Origin: Lepidodermella squamata
Lineage: Eukaryota; Animalia; Gastrotricha
Reading direction: 5' to 3'
DNA length: 64,000 nucleotides
Assembly: GCA_047495785.1 (NCBI GenBank)
Contig: JBLDXI010000017.1
Location: forward strand, 806,001 to 870,000
This document shows positions 1-16,900 of this stretch, piece by piece. The notes beneath the pieces are model-generated. The model saw only the letters and a program-made list of their open reading frames with translations, was not told the DNA's origin and did not search any database. Each line of letters begins with the position of its first letter. Within the stretch, counting starts at the first letter, position 1. The position numbers were made by a program, and so were the translations under genes.

Positions 1-332
1 TTCATTTTACTGGAAGCGGCTAGATTATTGTACGGGTTTGTAGGAGTTTGTCTAATCGGGGTTGAATAGTCATTATAATTACCACCAGTGTTGTTAGTTG
101 TAACAGAGATCCCTCGGCCTATATCAAGTAATTCGTAGGCAGATGGTGATGATGGGCAGATTCCGGAGTTAGTGATATATCACAGGGGTTAAATGAGGAA
201 TGAACAGAAAAAAATAACATGTTAATAAAACTTGTATAGAAATAAATTGTAAAAATATAAATTTTTTGCGTGAAAGTTTGTTCTTTAAGACGGATTTTGT
301 TTTCGTTCGCTTCACGCCGACTCACCTGCGAG

Positions 333-4148
<3,816 letters not shown>

Positions 4149-4192
4149 TTACTCACAGTGCATCTGCGCAATACCACAAGGGAGCGTATGTA

Positions 4193-4206
4193 ATTACCAT
4201 AGCAAC
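4193..4206. promoter_or_regulatory. RFX X-box-like motif (ATTACCATAGCAAC / GTTGCTATGGTAAT)
   Basis: Good match to the X-box consensus ~84 bp upstream of the CDKL ATG, in the divergent CDKL/CCDC61 intergenic region; both families are cilium/basal-body associated. Confidence 0.6.
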
Positions 4207-4492
4207 AAAATTAAAATAATGGATAAAGAAATATAAAATAATTATAAATTGTATTTGATGATTATTTAGAATATCAATGATTACTAATTTTACGCGGGAT
4301 TATTCAAAAAAAGCTTTTGGAAGCCTGAAAAAGCCAGTCAGTAGAGAAGGGAAAAGAGGACACCGGAAATGGAACAAGTTCGACTCGTGAGTTTGGAAAC
4401 TATCTACTATCTACATCTCTAAACTCTGTCAGGTCTTTGCTGCGATCAAACCAGAGAAAAAATATGTTGCTCATTCCTCTTGAATGGAGTTT

Positions 4493-4841
4493 GCCCCCTT
4501 GCACTTCGTTATTTAGGTATCAAGCTCAGCTCGAAGTCAGCTCAGCTTATAGCACGCTTAGCGTATTCACACCTTAGTTCAGCGTACAAGCTCAGCTTGT
4601 TATAGCCGAAGCTAACTAACCTTTTCAAGCTTAGCTTACTAGCGAGCATGTTAAGCTGAGCTGACAAGCTGAGCGCAGTAGAATATTGAGTACTAGAATA
4701 TTGGTTGTAGTTGAACACGCTGAGCTTGTACGCTGAGCTAGCTTGTTTCCGATCACAAGTTCAGCTTGTCAGCTGAGCTGACTTCAAGCTGAGCTGACTA
4801 TAAGCTGAGCTTGTTACTTAAATAACGAAGTGCAAGACGGC
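4493..4841. mobile_element. MITE-like non-autonomous DNA transposon with ~39-bp TIRs and 8-bp TSD
   Basis: Left end GCCCCCTTGCACTTCGTTATTTAGGTATCAAGCTCAGCT is the near-perfect reverse complement of right end AGCTGAGCTTGTTACTTAAATAACGAAGTGCAAGACGGC. TGGAGTTT is duplicated at 4485-4492 and 4842-4849. Interior has many AGCTCAGCT/AGCTGAGCT motifs. Confidence 0.88.
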
Positions 4842-4861
4842 TGGAGTTTGTTCTCTTTTAA

Positions 4862-4983
4862 ATTGAGACGCAGTCCAAAAACGTACCAAATTGAAACTGA
4901 GCTCTTTTTCAAAACAAGGGGTACGTGTTTGTTATTTTGGCAAAATGAAAAAATTGGTACGATTTCATAGGCTGTGTCTCAAT
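4862..4983. repeat. Short inverted-repeat element (possible degenerate MITE)
   Basis: ATTGAGACGCAGTC..CGTACCAA and TTGGTACG..GGCTGTGTCTCAAT are imperfect inverted arms; a similar TGAGACGCA..CCAAAAA start occurs near 26921. Confidence 0.5.
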
Positions 4984-5116
4984 AATCGTTTATGTCTCAA
5001 GCACTTCTGACATGAGACATGATTTTTATTCGTTTTCTGGATTGTCTTTGTTTCTGATTCGTTCAAATTTACTCTAGCCTTTTTAAGCTTATTAAATTGC
5101 TGATAGGCGACCACTA

Positions 5117-6950
5117 ATGCCACCAAACGCTATGGACTGTGTTGTGGAAGGAGAATATGAATTTTCTGGCATCGGTCACATTCTACGCATCAAATCCGCT
5201 AATGGCAAGCTTGACATCGAAGTTACCAACGGTCTGACTAATGAAGTCTGGCAGGCAACGTTTGATGCAGCTTGTAAGTTCTAATTGTTCACATTTGCGA
5301 ATATAAAGTCAGCGTATTTTTTCAAGTTATCGAAAACATGACGAAAAAGACCGGTAATTTCAAACAGTTCCCCGTGTTTGTAAACATGTTACGCTCTGCC
5401 GTTTTAAAGGTTTGTTGGTATAATCCATTCCAGGTAGATAATTTTGATTCATTCCTTAGAATACTGAGTCTGTATGGCTTGATCTCCTTTCATTCGCTGA
5501 TCTCGAGAAATTGAGAGCGAAAAAGAACGGAATGGAAAATTCTATTAATGCGCCCACTTCTGCTAATGCTGCGCAGTTGAATAAGCGATATCTCATTCTT
5601 ATGTACAATGTTGAGTTTGACAGGTAAGTGTGCGAGAGGGTTCAAATTCATTTTTAATTTGATTTGTTAAACAGGATACATTTTCCGTTGCCGTTATCTG
5701 CAGTAGCAGCAGCTGAAAATTCAAATGCAGCTCATGTCCATGCCGTTGTCGTTCGGGAGTTGCAAAGTGAAATTCGGTCTCTTCGTAATCAACTGAACTC
5801 CGATTACCGCATTGTGGGATATGAAGAACTCAAACGCAACTACGAAAGAGCTGTGGAGGAGAAACGTGCCCTAGAAGACGCGTACAGACAAATGCAAGAA
5901 GAGTGCCAACTTCTAACCCACGACAACGGTTCTGCAAAGCAAGTCAGAATGCTGAAAAACGTCATCCGGCAGCTCGAGCAAGACGTAATTGAATTGAAAA
6001 CGGCAAATCAGCACATGATTGCGCGAAAGGATAAGGAAATAAACGCCCTAGCCGCCGAAAATGAAGACCTGAAATCGAGCGAGCGTATGCTAAAATCTAG
6101 AGTGAGAAGTTTAGCGCAAGAGTTGCAAACTTTCAAACGCTACAGCAACAGCCGTAATAACTCGATCAGCAGTGATTACGATACTGGCAACCGGAGTAAT
6201 GTAGTCAGACCATCCCCTAAAACTCGGCTGAATCAAGGATCGTTATCTGCGAGAGAATACGGGTCGAATTCTAAAGGAGTCATCTACCCAAATCGAGGCA
6301 GATCGACCTCTCGAGACAGCATTACCCGAGATATAAGGAAACGATCCAATTCTCGATCCCCGAGTGCGACTCGAGGGGTGCCTAGCCGAATTCCAGCGCC
6401 TACTTTGCAGCTATCTGCTCGCAGTAATCGGTCGACGAAATTCCCCGCGGAGCGTCCTTTACCGCCGATTCGCTTCACTTCTCGAAGCCCTAGCCCAGCA
6501 GCTCGGTTAACTCAACGAGGCTCAATGGGCAATTCTGGGTCGAAAAACGCGATTTCTCGCGGAATTCGCACCCCGTCCGTCAGTAGTATTGCATCGAATA
6601 ACTCGGATTTGAGCATCGCGTTCGGCAATACTTCGATAAATCAGAATTCGGCGTCAAAGAACGCGTTTCTTAGGCGAGCTCCGGTTGCTAAAGCGGTGGC
6701 GGCTGGAATTCGCGGCGCCTCGCAGCAACAACACGTTCCAAGACGTGAAATGACTCGTAAAAATACCGCGGCAGCGAGTTATGAATCTCGAGAAAATTTT
6801 CTTGATGAATTTATTGCGAGTTCAAAATCTAACTTCGATCGGCCTCTAGTCGACAGCCAATTTCAAAATCGAGCCGCGGAAATGTTGGAAATCGACGCGC
6901 GGCTCAAACGTCTGCATAATCTGCTGAAAGAAAGCGATTTGACGGCTTGA
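5117..6950 (+). CDS. CCDC61: Centrosomal coiled-coil protein CCDC61/VFL3 (4 exons)
   Basis: Exons 5117-5273, 5327-5409, 5460-5623, 5675-6950 join in frame. Head-domain motifs IENMTKKTGNFKQFPVFVNML and KRYLILMYNVEFDRIHFPLPL, then coiled coil, S/R-rich region and terminal EIDARLKRLH helix. Confidence 0.92.
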
Positions 6951-7202
6951 AAATTGTTTGAAGCGTAATTTTTCGCACTTTTTCACACCAAAATCCCGAC
7001 TTTGCACGTCATGTTTTGCATACTATACAAAAATTTTACTCAAAAAATAATAAAATTCCGATTGTTTTCGTCTCAGTTTACTTTGTTTGTTTCATTCATC
7101 CGGCACACGCTATTTCGATGATATATCATAGCTAAAATAGCTAGTTTCGTTTTTAAAACAGAAATTTTCTCACAGGACATTAGTTTGATTTGTTCTCAGC
7201 TC

Positions 7203-9179
7203 TCAAAAAGCAACAGTGATCAGCCGTAAAAGCGATGAGGTAAGCAAGACAACAGCAGCATTCGGAATCTGAATGAAAATTCGCTGTGAAGCAGCATTAA
7301 ATCCGTTATTTGAAGTCCTCAATATCGGCACATGTTCATTAGCAACTTTTGAATTATTATCTGACGATGAATAATTCGAATTAGGCGGCGCTCGAGTTGA
7401 AACTGAAGCCGGTAAAACTTGGGAAGTCGCGGTTGGCTGAATTTTCCGGGTTGATTGAGTTGAGGTAGATCTAGCCGACTGAGGTAGGCACAAATCGGCC
7501 ATTTGTTCGGGGGTAAGAGGTTTCCCAGTCGATTCGTCTTGGTTAGCAGCAAGTAGGGCGTAATTGACCAGCAGTTGGTTAGCATCGATGCCCAACGACC
7601 GGCCAAATTCGGCGAAGTAGATTTTGTTTTGGCGGAATCTCTGCACTAGGGTGAAGAAAGCTCGAGATAAGAACTGCTGGTGCTCTGGGTTGATTAGATG
7701 CTCGCCTGAAGTATCAGTTGTCGCTATACACACCGTAGCTCCCTGGAATTAGCGAAATGGAAATTTCATTGAACTATGGAATAATTATGATCAGGAGTAA
7801 AATTTACTAAGAAATTAAAGTCTTGGGTTCCAGCATTAAAGGCTCCAGCTCTAGATTTCCCAAAATGTTCTTTCAAGTTTCAATTTCTTTCTAAAAATCG
7901 CAGGATCCTAAAGGGCTTTGATTCGATCAGGAAAAGGAAAGCTGGAATCGCAATGAATTGGAAATTGGGGCTAAATTCAGCTCTGGAACCTTAATTTTAG
8001 TGTTGCAAATGAATTAAACTTCGCAAATTTTCAAAATATAATCATTTGAATATTTTACGTTTTTCATGTCGCTCGTCCTGCTCAAAAAATTTCATGAATT
8101 TTACGTCTGACATTTTTGACCTTTTTCAATTTTTGCCCGAAAAATGGACGTTCATTACTATTACAAATTTTGTGCAGTTTAGCACAGCGCTATTTTTTTA
8201 ATTAATCAATTAATTTTATGCATTTCGAATTTTCCTTGAAATTTACCTGGAAGACGCATTTGAGAAAATTATTGAGTGCATGGCACAGGTCGGAAACCGG
8301 ATCGCTCTGTTTGGCGGGTATTTCGGTAATTTTCAGATTTTCCGTCGACGCCGTATTCGCAATAGCCGTCACGACGCAATAGCGGTGCGCCGGCGATATT
8401 TCAATCGCAGTAACGCACTGCCCCAGCAGCGTTGTCGCATTACACAAATGCCCGTGCCGCATTTCTATAGCCGCCCATGTTGCGCGCCTCGTCGTCTCGT
8501 CACACGACTCGGTTTGCCGGGTCACCAGCAGGGCCTCATCTTTCATTACATCACCCAAATCCGGCCGGCTGCGGTCATCCTCTGATATGCAGTCGACTAA
8601 GGCCCGGCTTGAAGAACACGCCGAAAATAGGAGATTCGCAAATATCGGGCCCGGGTTTTGCCGCGGCAGGTATTGCAACGCCTGTTCGATGTCGTTGTTA
8701 TACCGCAAACAATCGCTTGGTAAACAATTAGTCGGGTTATTATTACTAGCCGAATCGGTAACAATCGGGGTCGATAATTTCCCGCCAGTTTGCGAGCGGG
8801 TATAACCGTTTTTCGACGTAGCAAACGCATGGCCTCGTTGCACCATTTGAAGTAGATTAGCGAGCTCTTGAAACGCGAAAATGTTGCTATTTGCATTGTC
8901 ACGCATGAACGGGTCTTCAATCGATTCATCCTCTTCGATTTCTTGGGTCACCCCATCATCGTCGTCTCGGCTGAGTGGTTCGTTCTGCCCGGATGACACG
9001 AATTCAGCATCACTTGAACTGTCCGACATTCGATCGTTGTCGACGATGAAGACGAAACCGTCGTCTTCGGTTAGAAACGGGGATCGATTCGGGTTTCCTC
9101 GGAAAAAATTATCGGGCGGCAGGGCGAATGACCATGACGCGCCCGTAATGAGGAAAAATAACCGGATATTAATGACCAT
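7203..9179 (-). CDS. Uncharacterised secreted/GPI-anchored Cys-rich protein (~490 aa, 2 exons)
   Basis: Exons 9179-8247 and 7742-7203 join at phase 0 (CAG|GTAAAT..TTCCAG|GGA). Signal peptide MVINIRLFFLITGASWSFA, acidic linker, Cys-rich core, S/T-rich stalk, hydrophobic C-terminus with no cytoplasmic tail. Confidence 0.75.
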
Positions 9180-10996
9180 TTTATCTTCCCATTTTTAACA
9201 CCGCGAAGAGAGTAATTGCTCAATTATTTCTAAAAAAATTGATTTGATTGAAAAAGCTACTAAAAATAGAAATTTGAAAAATTTGAAAATTCGATAAAAA
9301 TCCGAGTGATTAATGGGCGTAAACTGGGATTATAAGTTTGAAGCAAGGACTATATTATCATAACAAGGTGAGTAAGAAATGTGTTTTTAATAAGAAGCAC
9401 CGGTCTAATTTTGAGGCGTGGCCCAGGCTACAACAGTTTTGTTGTACGCACCTTACTTGGTATACATTGTAACGCCGATGTGATTTTTGCGGCGCGTTAA
9501 CAAGCGAATAATATTATTATTACATGCACATCACGCGGTTGAAAATAAGGCAACGCCCCATCCTATTATCTAATAAATAAAAAACAAAAATATTTCAGCC
9601 TGCTCTGCGATGCGCGCGTACAATTTTGTCGGTGAAAAAAGTGTATATGCCTAGGTTTATCATCAGCCTTTTGGTTTATACACCATAAAAAATAGTAGCT
9701 CAACATCCGCCGGGCACCACGTGTCCGGCTTAGTCTGCTCCTAACCCGAGGCCCAAAAAATTAAGCCAGATATCAGCGATAAACGCACTGTAATAAATTG
9801 TCAGGTTATTAACATGAAAAAAAAACAAAAAATTATGGTTAAATGGAAAAAAATCAACTAATCGTTTTCTTATCGGGCTTAATGGTAAAAAACGAGGATG
9901 TTAGCTGACCACTGATGCGTGACGCAGATGCGAACGGAATGCCTAAAAGTCTCTGGGGGATATTAGTACCAAACGTTGGCTGAAAATTTCCTTGTTAATA
10001 TTTTTTACTGGTGTGGAAAGTATCGGAAAATTTGATCGACAAAATATGATATTGTATACGGCGCTAAATTGAGCGGAAAGAAATAGGCGTCTTAGAACAC
10101 ACAATTTCGCTGTTTTTCTGTTATTTATTACGTGTAGTATAGTCACGATTGGAATGAAAATAATAAGAAAAAATTCTGGTGTGTTCTCTGAGGGTATTAA
10201 TTAAAATTTAACAAGCCCTATGCCATAAAATTATAAAATTCAATTGGGAGCTATTGGGAAGATGAAAAAAGTTGAAAGCGTCCTTGGTAAAGCGTGGTTG
10301 CTATGTAAAAAAAAGTTATTTTTGTTGATAGCGCGGCTTGATTAAGTTAATCATTGAACTGTATCTTGTATTATTTATCGATGGCGAGAGCGATTATTGT
10401 TATTATTTATTAAAAGTTGCATCATCATCGCATCTCGCTCGCTCGCCGACTTTTGGCCTCACCTGAATAAACACGCGCGTGTTATTGAGGTTTCAGCGCG
10501 CATGTTTTCAACTTGGGACTCTCCACCCTCAATCGCGCATCTTGTTGTGTAGCATTTTAATGAAGTGATAAGTCATTTGCTGGTTGTAATTATTACCCCG
10601 TAATAAATAATAAAAATACAAGACACCGGGGGCCCTCAAAGATATACCTACCCACCTATCTTCAATATAACACCACGGTTTGTAACAATTTTCTTGGGCT
10701 TTCACGGCGATCCATGAATGAATATTTGGCTCGTGCGCGGGGCGGGCGCGGAAAATCATACCGCAGCTCTGTAAGTGATAACGCTTAAAATAACAGTGAT
10801 AGAATTCGCACGCTGCGAATATTTTTCCCCCATCCTTTTGTTTTTCATTCATTTTTCTTTGTTTTCTCATAATTATACAAATATTCATCATGAGGCAACA
10901 TTTCGTGTTTATTTCAATGCGGTCGGTACTTGAAGAAATCACAATAAAACATTTATAAAATTTTAAAAATAATTCTAAAATTCTGAACAAAGGTCC

Positions 10997-13900
10997 TCAG
11001 ATTCCGCCCTCGTCAAAGTCGTCGTTATCATCGACAGGCTCTCTTAGTTCACCGAAAACATTCGCAGAATCCTGCAAATTATTAGATAGCTCGTTGTAGT
11101 CCAAGGTGCTTAACTTCAAGGTGATTAAATTTGTCGATTCAGAAGTGCCGAACACAGCCATTCGACCGCCGAGAGCTACATTCATACACTAAAAATGACA
11201 AAAATTGACGACTCATTTTTAAGGCGGATTTTCGAATTACCTGAATTGAGACGTCAGGAGTGAAAACAGCTAAAACGCATCCGTTTTTGATGTCCCAAGC
11301 CGAAATTTCAGCTGTTAGGCAGAAAGCGATCGAGCAGTCGTCAGTGAGCCAAATTCTCGATTTCCCAGGCTGGAAACTGCAGGCCGGGTAGGGCGCGATA
11401 ATTCGCTCCGAGGAGTGCTTCATCGGCTCCCATACGCGCATTTCGCCGTTTTCTTTGCCAATGAGGACTATGCTGAGATCTTTAGAAACAGCTAGAGCGC
11501 CGACGCCTCTTTGATTTGCCATTCTTCTCACCCGTTTGCCTTCTTTAGTGAGCCAAGCAGAAACCTATTTTGAAATTTTCGAAATTAAAAAAAATTCAAA
11601 TTTTTTAGAATTTATTAAATCACTCACATAGGTCGTTTTGTCGCGTTCGTCGTAAGTATACGTGACCAAATATTTTCCATCGCTTGAAAGAGCGGCCACA
11701 GTAAGTAGCAGCAGTGAATCCGGTTCGAAAATCGTTTGTGAATGGCGGAACCAGTTGTTACTACCGTCGATAACACACAGAAAATGGCCGTAGTGCGACG
11801 TGATGATCGTACTCATGTCCTCGCTGACAAGAAATTCGTACACAGAATTGCGGTGTTCCGTTTGAAGGTGACCTAAAAAGCGGCGTTGCGCTGTTGAAAT
11901 GCGCGTGGCACTCGGTCGGCGGCCGCGAATTTTCGCGACTAGCGGGTCGAGTAGCTCGAGCATAGGCTCAAAGGACGGGCGGATTCGCATGACTTGATAG
12001 CCGGTATCAACTTCCCAGACAATGAATTCAGTACGCGATTCTGAAAGTCCCATGAACCTGAAAATTCAATAAATGAAAAAAATGAAAAATTTCAAAAATC
12101 GAAAATTTTAAAATTCAAATTTCATGAAATTTCAAATTTTACCTATTTGTGTCATAGTAAATAAAGTCCTCTGATGACCCAAGTGGCACAATGGTATCAG
12201 CGACTCGTCGCAGTAAAACGCGTCGATGAATGTCGTAGAGTCGAAATGCGCTGAAAATTTGCGTTCGAACCGGGGCATCGGACGAAGTGCTGCCCACAAT
12301 CGATTTGACCTCAGTCAGGACAAGTAGCCTAGTATTTCTCAGTAGCAACACATCAGTCGAATCTCCTGTTATGCCATGCTCGATTCGCACTGATTTACCC
12401 GCACATCGGCCGAGAAATACGTTCCAAACCGTGATTGGGCCGTTATTATTCGTCCGAGTAACAGCGTACTGAGAATAATTTTGCATCCGTTGAATTTCGG
12501 TGACGTAAAACTTCGGTTTATATTTCGGAACACGGCGCGATACTTCCAGGCCGAGATTCCATACCAAAATTCGCGATGTTCGTTTGTCCGATGTGCACAC
12601 GCAATTTAGGGTGCTCATTGCTACGAGATCCGTTATCCCGTTATGGCTGCCGATGTGTTTATGATCCTCCGTGTCCAGGTTCCAAATCATGAAATGGGAT
12701 GAGTTTGTTTTGTAATTTTTGTAACTCGCCAAGGCGTGGCTTCCGGTTTGATTAACATAAACTCGGTCGATTTCATCGTATCGACATCCGTGAATAGTAT
12801 GAATCCGCCTTAAAATTTGAATATGCACATATAAAATTAAATAATTTCTAATTAATTACTGATATTTGTCGCTTGTGAGGAAAAGGTCGATAACGCTGAT
12901 AACTGATCGATTGTTTTCTTCGTAGGCCATGTAAGCGAGAACAAACACCTCGGCACCTCGGCCAACTGCTTGAATGCTGCCTGATTTATGAGCAATTCGC
13001 AGTTTTTGAGCCAATTTATCTGCAAACGAGTTTGAAAAAAATTGTCAAAATTAGATCAAAATCTGATCATTGATAATCTTTTAAATAATTAGATTTTTAA
13101 TCGAATTTCGGCATGAAAAATTTGAAATTTCAAAATAATAAGTATAAATCCTAGGTAAAGGTAATTTTTATTTTTCATTAAAAAAGCCGCTCTGAAAGCG
13201 ACTGACCCCTCCGGAAGTGGCCCTAATTAAAGAGCCACCAGCCCGGAACGTTCATCAACGGCCCACGAGATCGGCTAAAGCCGGTCACGTAGGGCCAAGT
13301 TCGCGCTCAGGGCCAGTCACCACGTCTCGTCATCGCGGTTTGGGTTTGTCGTCAGATGAGGCTGACGTTGGGGCAAAACTTAATAAAGTAATGATCCCAA
13401 GAAGTATGATCTTAATTAATTTCTAAAAAATTTTGGAACCACTTTTTCGCATGGGTTTCATCTCAACTCCCAGGGTAATTTGAATATTAAAATTAAGAAA
13501 AAAACAAAAATTAGAAAAAATCGCTCCTTGGCAGGGAATCGAACCCTGGTCTCCCGCGTGACAGGCGGGGATACTAACCACTATACTACCAAGGATGAGT
13601 TGATGATTACAAACTTACTAGCATCAAGATTCCAAGCTATCGCGAAGTTTGTTCGCTGGGCCGTGACCAAAATCAGCCCATCAGGGCTGGTATTCAGCGG
13701 CATGAGGACCGTAGCAGTGGGTGATTTGAGATTCGAATCCAAAAATTCGGATAAATCAACCGTGGATACAACTTTTCCGAATTTATCGTCATTTCCCATA
13801 CCCCAGATCGTGATTCGGCTCGAATTACTCAGGCAACTCGCCAGCAATTGGCCGTCTTTGATTAGACAGAATACAAGTGGGTCGATGAAATCACTCAGCA

Positions 13901-16900
13901 AAACTTTGGCGCATTGCGCTTTGCCTAGATCCCACAAACTGAACCGATTCGACTCGACAATAGCCGCGAATTCGTTATTTCGAACAAATTGCATCATCGT
14001 AACATCTGAGCCGATGTTATGCAGCAATCGAATGATTCGCCCGCCCAGCTTCAAGTCCCATAAAATCATCTTATTATCCTTAGCCGCTGTTAGTAGAAAG
14101 GCGTTATCATCCGAAACTGCCATAGTTGTGATTGGCAAACGATGCCCGCCGTGTAACTCGTAGAAAACTGATTTACCCGGCGGCATTAAGGCGGATCCGC
14201 TTGGGACTAAGGACGGCTTAGTTCGATGCGTGCTGATAGCTCGAATCAAATTTCGAACATTCAACAATTTAGGCGGATCACCCGGGGCGAGTGGGACGTC
14301 CTTCGAAACCGGACCAGCCAATCTTGCGCATAATTGACTGCCTAATTGCGTAATGTCCCTTTGCAGGACAGTTCGAGACAATTTTAGACACTCGTAGACC
14401 AAACTCAGCTCTTCATCCGGCTCCGGCCTGTTATCAATGACCCATTGAAAAATGTCTAGCACATAAGCTAGACCTCTAGCCCGGCAGGATGCGAGTAAAA
14501 AGTCGTAATTTATGTAACAATCGCCCTTAGCCGCGTCGATTGACACCGATTTTTGGCCGGCTAGTAGCTCAGCAAACGGCAATTCGTCGATTCTTCGAGT
14601 ATTAGCCCGTTCATTGGAGCCGGGTAGCCGCCATTTCGGCTCGGCTGTGAACGAAATTTGCTGGGTGCATAGGTGAACGCGTTCATATCGACGAATCGAC
14701 TCGACATACCGCGGTTGATTAGCCCAGGTAGACATGAAATAATCGGTAATTTCACGCCCGAATGACGTCGGATCTTTCGTGCCTACGTATCGATCATAGG
14801 CGATGAAACGAGCCGCGGCGTGGCCGAAAACAATCAAAGGCCACCCGTCACATCGCCTGACGCCTAGCAGCGGCGCGAGGTTGATTTCGAGAAGGGACGA
14901 AACAATAGCCGGGGGTGTTAGGTACATTGGTAAGTTCAGGGTTGTGCGAAGGTGGACTGAAACCAGGCCGTCTTGCGTGAGTAAATCCGCGAGTTCCAAC
15001 CGGGTCAGACCTATCCTAGCCGTTGCTAGGTAACCAACAGCTCGGCGAACAATCAACTCGCCCAACGCGCGTTCCGCATCGTTGAACACGCCATTTATCG
15101 CTGATTTTAACGAGACGGGTAGCCGGTTAACCTCGAAACAACCTTTGATAATTTTTCGGCAAACCAGATCGACCAGGAAAAAACTGGTAAAATTCGGGTC
15201 GCCATTAACCCTGGCGTATTCGTAAATCCAGTCATTTACGACTTGACTGCAAAAAACATCGTTTTTCGCCAGAGTTTCTTCCATTCGAGCCCTGATAATG
15301 TCCTCTGGAATCGGTTTCATCCGGTAAATTCCGATCGGAATCGCTTTGTTAGACATAGCTGCCTTAACAGTGTCGATAATTGCCTCCTCAGCGCCGGCTA
15401 GCGATAAAATAATATGGACATTGTCGTTCTTATTTTGAGACAGCCATTTCAGGTTTTGGCCGTGGTAAAAATCGAGAAGGCGCAATACGCCGTCCAAAAT
15501 AATGAAAATTGGCCTCTTTTTCGTAGCTAAAGCCAGAGTTTTCTCGAATTCATTCTCAATACCAAGGTAAGTCTAAAAGAATTTTTTTGAAAATTTCCTA
15601 AATATCCGCCTTAAAAAACTTACGGTATCAAACGGAAGTTTGCTTGAAGGCGGTGGGGGCGCTCCCGCGTGAAACATGTGATCGATTTGTTTCTTCAAAT
15701 CGCATAGCAAAACTCGAACATTGAGCGATCGACTAGTCAGGCCGATTTGTCGATAACAAACAATAGGATTACAATGGCGGCTTTTTCTACAAATTCAGAT
15801 TTCAATAAAAAATTGAAGAATGATAGATGGAAAATTACATTTGAGATCGAATTAAAGTAGTCAATTTTGCGAGTAAAACAGATTTTCCAGACCCAGATTC
15901 GCCACATACGAATAAGTACTGATTCGAAGAAATTAGGGATAAACATTCATCTAATTGCTCAGAATAGTCGTAAGTCCATTTTTTCAACCTATAAGGAAAA
16001 ATTGAGAGAAATTAGGTTGGACTAAATTTGAATAGCGTACGAAGATTGAAGTGCTTCAAGGTGGGTTGCGACGTCCTCAATCAGTTCGACTGGAGCTTTG
16101 TGTGAAACTGGGACTGGAACTGGCGAACCACCCGCTGTCATTGGAATAGTTTGCGCCATGGTTAGGGCACTCGACCATCGATTCAAATTCAAGCCACTGA
16201 AATGCCGCGCCAAGCAATCAGTCGCTTGATTCACCGCATCTGCTACGACCTTTTCAACATAGGCTAAATGTTCGTAGGATGTAGTTGGGTTCAGGCCTTG
16301 CGAACTCCAGCGAACGGCTGATGTGACCTGGTTGTCACCGGGCGTTCGCGCTTTCACGAATTTAGCTAGGCTTTCCATTTGCAGCTGCGCGTCTGGGTCA
16401 TAGTCGACTTGGCCGTTTTTGCGCCTGTTGTAATTGGCGAATTTAACGCACGCTTCCTTGTCGTCTTTGTTGAAATCGACGAAGCGACGGATGTGAAGGA
16501 AAACTCGAGCTTTCCCAGCGTTTTTAAGAACGCATTTCACTTCGTTAGCGTAGGCTGCAAAAATAAAAAATTTACAGTTGTTTGTCCCATTATTTTGATA
16601 ATTTATTTGATAATTTTATTTCTGAAATTTAAACTGAAATTTACTGAAGAAATTGAAATTTTAGCGGAGAAATCCCGATAAATCCGATAGTAACTTATTG
16701 GGTAATTTACGGTATTCTACCTGTGTGGTTCAATTAGATTTTTCCTTCATTAAACGATCATTTTTAAAACCGAAAAATTGCGGAAATACAAAAATATAAA
16801 AAATCACCTATTTTTTTATTTATTGGAAAAATTTAAATAATTCAAAATTTCATGAAAAAATCTGATGGGTAAAACCAACCTGATTGGTAGAAAAGACGAT

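Noticed and set aside
4500-4830. Repeated AGCTCAGCT units as a possible CRISPR-like array
   Set aside because: Irregular spacing, orientation flip, TIRs and TSD, and eukaryotic context indicate a MITE.
9700-9770. GC hairpin plus Sm-like AATTTTTTGG (possible snRNA)
   Set aside because: No match to recognisable snRNA 5' motifs; the hairpin pairs better on the strand opposite the Sm-like site.
13217-14163. Plus-strand ORFs of 69 and 227 aa
   Set aside because: Antisense shadows of U3, the tRNA and the NWD exon.
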